A DNA stretch of 64,000 nt from Candidatus Limnocylindrales bacterium (GTDB lineage Bacteria; Chloroflexota; Limnocylindria; Limnocylindrales; CSP1-4): the NCBI GenBank assembly GCA_036002525.1, contig DASYTG010000031.1:13994-77993 (forward strand). Reading direction: 5' to 3'. The notes beneath the pieces were generated by a model. The model saw only the letters and a program-made list of their open reading frames with translations. It searched no databases and had not been told where the DNA came from. The translations under genes and the position numbers were made by a program. Shown here piece after piece: positions 57,863-64,000 of the stretch; position 1 is the stretch's first letter; every line of letters starts with the position of its first letter.

Positions 57863-57941
57863 CGCCGACCAGCCTACCTCAATTGATGACAGATGTCGTC
57901 AGGTATCTGCGGCGACGCCGGGACTGCCCACCCCCGAGCCG

Positions 57942-58811
57942 TTAGATTGGGACGCTGAACGTGTCGCAGTCGGCGGCCGTGCCCTGCTCGTACCCCGTCA
58001 TGAACCACTCCTGGCGCTGCTCCGCCGAGCCGTGGGTCCAGACTTCGGGGTCGATCTGGCCCTGCGTCTTCTGCTGGATGCGGTCATCGCCCACGGCCGC
58101 CGCGGCGTCGAGCGCCTGGGCGATCTGGTCGGCGGTCAGGGGCTGGAGATAGCCGGTCGCCGCGGCGTTGTGCGCCCAGACGCCGGCCAGGCAGTCGGCC
58201 TGGAGCTCCGTCCGGACCGCCCGCCCCTCGGCGCCCTCCTGGCCCGGACCGGGGGTCAGGTTGCCGGTCAGGTTCTGGACGTGGTGGCCGTACTCGTGGG
58301 CAAGGACGTACGCCTCGGCAAACGGTCCGCCACGCGCGCCGAACCGCGCCTGCAGCTCCTCGAAGAAGCCGAGGTCGAGGTAGATCGTCGTGTCTGGCGG
58401 GCAGTAGAACGGCCCGACCTGCGAGCTGGCCACGCCGCACGCGGTCGTAACCTGGCTGGTGAACAGGACCGTGTCGGCTTCCTGGTACGGCTCGCCGACC
58501 GACTGGAACTCCGACGTCCAGAACGCCTGGATGCTGTTGACGTAGCCGACGATCCGGCAGTCCTGCCGCTGGTTCGCGTCTGCGCCGGTGCGGCACTCCT
58601 GCTGCAGCGTGGGGTTGTCCGGCTGCTGGATGCCCGCTCCCGGGTCCGTCTGGATCAGGGCCGACGGGTCGCCGCCCAGGAGCAGGTAGACGAGGGCGAT
58701 GACGAGCCCGATTCCGCCCCCGCCGATGGCCACGGCCCGGCCGCCGCCGCGCAGCCCGCGCCGGTCGCGGACCTGGCCGGGATCGAGCGGCTGGTTCGGA
58801 TTGAACGTCAT
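57942..58811 (-). CDS. ypfJ: YpfJ-family neutral zinc metallopeptidase, membrane-anchored
   Basis: GPFYCP, the zinc site AHEYGHHVQ and LQADC are present. Confidence 0.85.
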   Translation of the reverse strand: MTFNPNQPLDPGQVRDRRGLRGGGRAVAIGGGGIGLVIALVYLLLGGDPSALIQTDPGAGIQQPDNPTLQQECRTGADANQRQDCRIVGYVNSIQAFWTSEFQSVGEPYQEADTVLFTSQVTTACGVASSQVGPFYCPPDTTIYLDLGFFEELQARFGARGGPFAEAYVLAHEYGHHVQNLTGNLTPGPGQEGAEGRAVRTELQADCLAGVWAHNAAATGYLQPLTADQIAQALDAAAAVGDDRIQQKTQGQIDPEVWTHGSAEQRQEWFMTGYEQGTAADCDTFSVPI

Positions 58812-58962
58812 CGGGGCACCTCAGGAGCGTGCTTCGAGCCTGCGCAGCGTGGCCGGGAGGGCCTTGACGGTGCGCCGGGTGCCTCAGGCGCCCCCGTCGC
58901 AGGAGCGTTGCGAACGCGGCAGGCCCGTTCGGGGCCACGACCGGGGCTACGCTGGGATCGTC

Positions 58963-59925
58963 ATGGCCCCGCAGCCCTCGCTCGATCCGGCCGCGATTGC
59001 CGCTGCCTTCGGCCTCGGCCGGCCGCTCGGGGAGCCTGTCCCGACTGCCCGGGGTGAGCTGGGCCGGGTCTGGCGGCTCGAGACGACCAGGGGCCGCTGG
59101 GCGATCAAGGAACCGTTCGAACCGCCGACCGAGAAGTCCGCCCTGGTCGACTTCGAGTTCCAGCTCGCGGCCCTCGCCGCGGGCGTGCCGATGCCGCGCC
59201 CACTCCTGGCGCGTGGTGGCCGCGTTCTCGCGGCGATCGAGGGCCGGTCGGGGAGGGTCGTCGTTCGGGCGTACACGTGGCTGGACCTCGTGGCGGCGGC
59301 GCCCGCGGCGCGGGCCCCGGAAGCTGCGGCGATCCTCGGCCGGATCCACGCGATCGGGTACCCGGCCGGCGGCCGGCCGATCGACTGGTTCACCGACCCG
59401 GTGGGGGAGGAGCGCTGGAACGACCTGCTCGAGCTGGCCCGGCGGGCCCCCGTCGAGGTGTCGCCGCTGGTCGAGGCGCTCCTCCCCGAGCTGGCAGCGG
59501 CCGAGCCGCTCCTGCCCGCCCGTCACGGCGACAGGCTCCAGCGCTGTCATCTCGACTTCAACCTCGACAACGTCCTCCTCGATGCCGCCGGGCGCCTCGC
59601 GATCGTCGACTGGGAGAACTCCGGCCCCGCGAGCGCTGACCAGGAGCTCGCCTCGGCGCTCTACGAGGTCGTCGCCGAGCCGACTGGCACGCGCGCCTTC
59701 CTCGATGCGTACGAGGCGGCCGGCGGTCCAGGCCGGATCCGCGGCGCCGAGTCGTTCGCGATGGCCCTCGCCGTTCAGGGCCATCTCGTGCAGCTCTATG
59801 CGCGGCAGGCGTTCGCGACGGGATCCGGCGCCGGCAGTCGCGAGCGCGGCGCATGGCGGGTCCGGCAGATTGCCGCGCGGCCCCTGACGCTGGCCGCGAT
59901 CGACGAGTACCTGGCGGCGCGCTAG
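58963..59925 (+). CDS. APH-fold phosphotransferase
   Basis: Catalytic motifs are CHLDFNLDNVL and IVDWE. Confidence 0.75.
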   Translation: MAPQPSLDPAAIAAAFGLGRPLGEPVPTARGELGRVWRLETTRGRWAIKEPFEPPTEKSALVDFEFQLAALAAGVPMPRPLLARGGRVLAAIEGRSGRVVVRAYTWLDLVAAAPAARAPEAAAILGRIHAIGYPAGGRPIDWFTDPVGEERWNDLLELARRAPVEVSPLVEALLPELAAAEPLLPARHGDRLQRCHLDFNLDNVLLDAAGRLAIVDWENSGPASADQELASALYEVVAEPTGTRAFLDAYEAAGGPGRIRGAESFAMALAVQGHLVQLYARQAFATGSGAGSRERGAWRVRQIAARPLTLAAIDEYLAAR

Positions 59926-60674
59926 GCCGCGGGGGCCGGTCCCGGCTCGGTGAGGAGCTCGATCAGACGCTCGAGCTCCTCGTCGGTCAGCCCGTTGCGG
60001 CGGAGCAGCGCGGCGGCTCCGCCGTGGCGACCCTCGAGGTGGTCGAGCGCCTGGAGCATGTACTCGGGGGGGCAGTCGACGACCGCGGGAGTCGCGCGCC
60101 AGTCGACCAGGTGCTCATCAACGACGTCCGCCGCGAACAGCTCGGCCGTCAGCGCGTAATCGCCCGCGACGACGTCCGTCGGCACGCCGAGAGCGGCGAG
60201 GACGAGGGCGATCGTCACGCCAGTGCGGTCCTTGCCCGCAGCGCAGCCGACGACCGCCGGCAGCCCACCGGGCTCGAGCAGCGCGCGCACCACCTCGACG
60301 AGCTGCGGCGCGCGAGCGTCGAACATGTGGCGGTACGTGCCCACGATCCCCACGTCCGGGGTGGGATCGTCGTCGAGCAGCGGGATGCTCCGGTAGCGGA
60401 CAGCGTCGGTGGCGCGGAAGACGCTCGGCGCCTCCTCGAGCTCGTGAGGCCAGCGCAGGTCGATGACCTGGCGGAGGCCGAGCTCCAGGAGCTGCGCCTG
60501 GGACGCGGCCGGAAGCCGGTCGAGCGCATCCGTACGCAGAAGCGTCCGCCAGCGGGTCCGCCGGCCGCCGGCCGCCGGGTAGCCGCCGACGTCGCGGAGG
60601 TTGCGCGTGCCCGCGAGCCGGATGTGGCGATCGAACGCGGGCACGCCGTCGGGGTCGCGGGCGGCGGCGGGCAT
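59922..60674 (-). CDS. protein-tyrosine/serine phosphatase (PF13350-like)
   Basis: NLRDVGG is present and the P-loop reads VGCAAGKDRTG. Confidence 0.8.
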   Translation of the reverse strand: MPAAARDPDGVPAFDRHIRLAGTRNLRDVGGYPAAGGRRTRWRTLLRTDALDRLPAASQAQLLELGLRQVIDLRWPHELEEAPSVFRATDAVRYRSIPLLDDDPTPDVGIVGTYRHMFDARAPQLVEVVRALLEPGGLPAVVGCAAGKDRTGVTIALVLAALGVPTDVVAGDYALTAELFAADVVDEHLVDWRATPAVVDCPPEYMLQALDHLEGRHGGAAALLRRNGLTDEELERLIELLTEPGPAPAA

Positions 60675-60732
60675 GGCCCCAGCGTACGGGGTTTTCGGCG
60701 CGATCGGGGACAATGGCCGGACCGTGCCGTCC

Positions 60733-61785
60733 GTGCGAGTGCTGGCGCTGCTCCTCTCGATCGCCGTCGCGGCGGGAGGCGCCTGCGGCGACCAGACCGA
60801 CGCTTCGCCTTCCGGCGGCTCGGCATCCCCGTGGCCGACGCTCGCGCAGGCGACATCGCGAGTGACCGCGGCGTCGGCGCCGGCCGCCGCAGTAGTCCTG
60901 GAGATCCGCGAGTTCAAGGTGCCCACCGGGTCGCACCCGCATGACGTCGCACCCGCCGCCGACGGCGGAGTCTGGTACACGGGCCAGCGGAACGGGACGC
61001 TAGGCTGGCTCGATCCCTCGACAGGCGCGGTCCGCGAGGTCTCGCTCGGGGCCGGATCCTCGCCGCATGGCGTCATCGTCGCAAAGGACGGCGCGCCGTG
61101 GATCACCGACAGCGGCCTCAACGCGATCGTTCGGGTCGACCCGACGACCTTCGACGTCCGCTCCTTCCCGCTGCCCGGCGGCGCGGTCAACCTCAACACC
61201 GCCACGTTCGACCGGCGCGGGGTGCTGTGGTTCACGGGTCAGGCTGGCGCCTATGGCCGGGTCGATCCCGCCGACGGCTCCGTTCGGGTCTTCGACGCGC
61301 CCCGCGGGAGCGGACCGTACGGGATCACGACGACCCCCGCCGGCGACGTCTGGTACGCGTCGCTCGCCGGCAGCCACATCGCCCGGATCGACATCGAGTC
61401 GGGCGAGGCGACCGTCGTCGAGCCGCCGACGGCCGACCAGGGAGCCCGCCGGGTCTGGTCCGATTCCCGCGGCCGGCTCTGGGTCGCGGAGTGGAATGCC
61501 GGCCAGCTGGGAATGCACGATCCGGCGACCGGGGAGTGGCGCGAATGGAAGCTGCCGGGCGACCGCCCGCAGGCATATGCGGTGTACGTCGACGACCGTG
61601 ACGTCGTCTGGCTGACCGACTTCACGGCGAACGCGATCGTCCGGTTCGATCCGACGACCGAGGAATTCCTCTCGATCGCGCTGCCGGATGCAAACGCGGC
61701 CGTTCGCCAGCTGCTCGGCCGGCCGGGCGAGGTGTGGGGCGCCGAGTCCGGCCTCGACCGGCTCGTCGTCGTCACGGAGCGCTGA
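60733..61785 (+). CDS. Vgb (streptogramin-lyase)-like beta-propeller lipoprotein
   Basis: The lipobox is AAGGAC. Repeated G.WYT/WFT/WVA propeller blades are visible. Several in-frame GTG/ATG starts are possible between 60673 and 60739. Confidence 0.7.
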   Translation: MRVLALLLSIAVAAGGACGDQTDASPSGGSASPWPTLAQATSRVTAASAPAAAVVLEIREFKVPTGSHPHDVAPAADGGVWYTGQRNGTLGWLDPSTGAVREVSLGAGSSPHGVIVAKDGAPWITDSGLNAIVRVDPTTFDVRSFPLPGGAVNLNTATFDRRGVLWFTGQAGAYGRVDPADGSVRVFDAPRGSGPYGITTTPAGDVWYASLAGSHIARIDIESGEATVVEPPTADQGARRVWSDSRGRLWVAEWNAGQLGMHDPATGEWREWKLPGDRPQAYAVYVDDRDVVWLTDFTANAIVRFDPTTEEFLSIALPDANAAVRQLLGRPGEVWGAESGLDRLVVVTER

Positions 61786-61894
61786 CCCGGCGGCAGACGA
61801 TCCGGCACCCCGGGACTAAACTGATCGTGCGGGTGGCGAATGTGACCGCCGGCGGCCGGCGGCGATGCCGCTCCGCGGGGAACCTCGGGTCGCA

Positions 61895-63028
61895 ATGCAC
61901 CGGCTCCGACACGACCTCGACTTCCTGACCAGCGCCGGTCTCCTCGTGAGCGGCCTCGCGACGGCACTCACCGGCGTCGTCGCCGACCTGTGGGACCTCA
62001 ACGACTTCTGGTACCACACGATCTCGGGCTACGTCATGGGTGCCTTCGCGATCGCCCATGTCTGCTTCAACTGGGGACGCCTCGTCGCCTACGCCCGCTT
62101 TCGTCTCGTGCGGCGCCCGGCCCGCCCGCCCGCCGTTCCGATCGCGCCGTCGAATGGAGAGGATCCGGTCGCCCCGCTCCGGTGGGCCGGCCGTCGGAGC
62201 ATGTCGCGGCGGGGACTCCTCGGCCTCGCGGTGGGTGGCGTCGGCGGCTGGATCGTCGGTCGCGGGTTGCGCGCCTCGCCGCCCATCCCCGCCGGCTCGG
62301 ACGTCGGCGTGATCTACCACGAATGGAGCAAGCCCGGCGTCATCGACGTCCTCGGCAGCGTCGCGAACTGGGGTCAGCAGCCCGCGCTCTACAAGACCTA
62401 CCCGGGTGCGCCGACGATCGCGCTGCCGGAGACGCTGCCTACGGGCGGGCTGGCAACGGCGGAGGCGATCTCGAGCCGCCGATCCACCCGCGCCTTCAGC
62501 TCGTCGCCGATGACCGTCGAGGAGCTCTCCCGGGTTCTCGCCCTCGGCGGCGGGATCAGCGCAGACCGCTGGGGGAACGCCCGCCGGACGGCGCCATCGT
62601 CCGGCGCGCTCTACCCGATCGAGCTCTACCCGGTCGTCCACAACGTCGAGGGCCTGGAGCGGGGCCTCTACCACTACGCGGTTCGTGAGCACGCACTCGA
62701 GCAGATCAGGATCGAGGATCTTCGCGAGCACGTCGTGGAGCAGGGCCTGATGCAGGAGTTCCTCGGCCAGTGCGGGGCGGTCGTGTTCCTGACGCAGATC
62801 CTTCAGCGGATGCGGTTCCGCTACCAGGATCGGAGCTACCGGTACGGCCTCGTCGAGGTCGGACACATCGGCCAGAACATCTACCTCGCCGCCGCCTCGA
62901 TGGGCCTCGGCGCCTGTGCGATCGGCGCCTTCATGGACGACGAGATCAACGCGATGCTCGGGGTGGACGGCACGGAAGAGGCCGCGATCTACATGATCGC
63001 GGTCGGTCGGCAGCCGGGCACGGCCTGA
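61895..63028 (+). CDS. SagB/ThcOx-type nitroreductase-fold dehydrogenase fused to N-terminal 2-TM His-containing segment
   Basis: RRSTRAF...APSSGALYP...GACAIGAF is typical of SagB-type proteins. An internal SRRGLLGLAVGG Tat-like motif is also present. Confidence 0.7.
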   Translation: MHRLRHDLDFLTSAGLLVSGLATALTGVVADLWDLNDFWYHTISGYVMGAFAIAHVCFNWGRLVAYARFRLVRRPARPPAVPIAPSNGEDPVAPLRWAGRRSMSRRGLLGLAVGGVGGWIVGRGLRASPPIPAGSDVGVIYHEWSKPGVIDVLGSVANWGQQPALYKTYPGAPTIALPETLPTGGLATAEAISSRRSTRAFSSSPMTVEELSRVLALGGGISADRWGNARRTAPSSGALYPIELYPVVHNVEGLERGLYHYAVREHALEQIRIEDLREHVVEQGLMQEFLGQCGAVVFLTQILQRMRFRYQDRSYRYGLVEVGHIGQNIYLAAASMGLGACAIGAFMDDEINAMLGVDGTEEAAIYMIAVGRQPGTA

Positions 63029-63071
63029 GCCGGTTCGCGGGCCGAGGGGCCACCGGTACGCGCGGATACGC

Positions 63072-63923
63072 CTAGGGCCGCTGGCTGCCTTCGCCGCGCT
63101 CGCGCAGGAATCGCTCGATCTCCGAGATGAGCTCGTCGCCCGCCGGGAGGCGCGCCTCGTCGACCATCGCCTCGAGACGCTCGACGTACTTGCGGGTCGT
63201 CTCGTCCTGGGCCGTCGCCGCGTCGAGCTGCATCCGGAGCTGACGGGCATCGTCGCCGAGGGAGCCCTCCGGGATCTCCGCGTCGAGATGGCGCCCGAGC
63301 GCGCGGAGCAGCTCGACAGCGGCGAGCGCATACGGGCCCGACACGTAGTGGGGCACCTGGGCGTAGTAGCCGAGGGCCGGCAGCCCGGCCCGCGCCACGG
63401 CCATCTCGAGCACGGAGATCGCAGCCGACGGGACGCGGAGGCGGCCCTCGGGCCCGGGCAGGACGCCGCCACGGAGCAACCCGGTGCCCGAGGCCGAGCC
63501 GATGATCGGCACGGGCCGGGTGTGGGGCACGGCGGCCGGGATGGCGCCGAGGCTGATCCACTCGGCGACGCCGAGCCGCCCGGCCAGCTCGACGATGTCG
63601 TCGGCCAGCTCCTGCCAATGGAAGTCCGGCTCTGCGCCGGTCAGGACGAGCACGTCACGCTCGCCGACCCGGGCCTTTCGGAGCGAGAGCTCCGGCCAGC
63701 TCAGCTCGGACAGGCGCCCGTCCACGATGTCGAGGGTCGGCCGGCGGGCCCGGTAGTCGTACAGGACGTCGGCGTCGAACGTCGCGACGAGATCGGCCCC
63801 GTCGGCGAGCCGCTCGGCGGTCGCGGTCGATGCGCCGCCGGCGTCGATCCAGCCGTCGAACGCGGCGACGATCGTCGGCGCGACGAGCGGCGGGGCGGAG
63901 TCGCGGAGCCGGTACAGCGTCAC
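63072..63923 (-). CDS. PAC2 (proteasome assembly chaperone-like) family protein
   Basis: Motifs seen are VAAFDGWIDAGGAS, LVLTGAEPD and the C-terminal helical tail typical of actinobacterial PAC2 proteins. Confidence 0.8.
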   Translation of the reverse strand: MTLYRLRDSAPPLVAPTIVAAFDGWIDAGGASTATAERLADGADLVATFDADVLYDYRARRPTLDIVDGRLSELSWPELSLRKARVGERDVLVLTGAEPDFHWQELADDIVELAGRLGVAEWISLGAIPAAVPHTRPVPIIGSASGTGLLRGGVLPGPEGRLRVPSAAISVLEMAVARAGLPALGYYAQVPHYVSGPYALAAVELLRALGRHLDAEIPEGSLGDDARQLRMQLDAATAQDETTRKYVERLEAMVDEARLPAGDELISEIERFLRERGEGSQRP

Positions 63924-64000
63924 CGCCGGCGCCTCGGCCAGGCGGGCGTTCGCGGCTCGAGCAGCTCGAATTGCCAGTCGGAGCGAATCGGGGCAAAGAC

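Overview
This is a high-GC (about 70% by eye) chromosomal segment of actinobacterial type. Supporting markers are a PAC2 protein, a DUF385/F420-type oxidoreductase, an HTH-WYL regulator, ThyX, an Rv2578c-like radical SAM gene, Tat signals, GTG/TTG starts and near-leaderless promoters. I support about 65 protein-coding genes and found no rRNA, tRNA or CRISPR array. Most genes are housekeeping or accessory metabolism, including acs, moaA, a PNP, thyX, tag, ybaK, a DEAD-box helicase, RidA, aminotransferases, three ABC-2 ATPase/permease pairs, assorted hydrolases and two APH-like kinases.

The points I consider most worth follow-up are:

1. A translationally coupled DUF2089 / DUF4097 / SHOCT-like operon (51.6-53.6 kb). 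All three proteins carry the same ~25-aa helical motif. The operon sits behind a 455-bp lower-GC spacer with a 71-nt-period direct repeat, a 10-bp inverted repeat and a near-consensus TTGACA-N18-TATAAC promoter.
2. A GAAC-N4-GTTC LexA-type SOS box abutting the -10 element of an apparently leaderless radical-SAM (SplB/Rv2578c-like) gene. An HhH-GPD repair gene and a WYL regulator are nearby.
3. An orphan pseudo-receiver/ParA-MinD (CpaE-like) ATPase paired with a long coiled-coil protein. Next to it is an uncharacterised protein that has a paralogue 36 kb away.
4. Two divergent stand-alone cNMP-binding proteins, one of them overlapping a flavoprotein gene.
5. A SatD-DUF3307 pair preceded by repeated TTAGCCGT..ACGGCTAA palindromes.
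6. Several palindrome or repeat clusters and gene-decay remnants (an IS110 tail and fragments of CocE, homocysteine methyltransferase and an FAD oxidase).

All functional calls are by-eye motif recognition from the translations. No database search was run.
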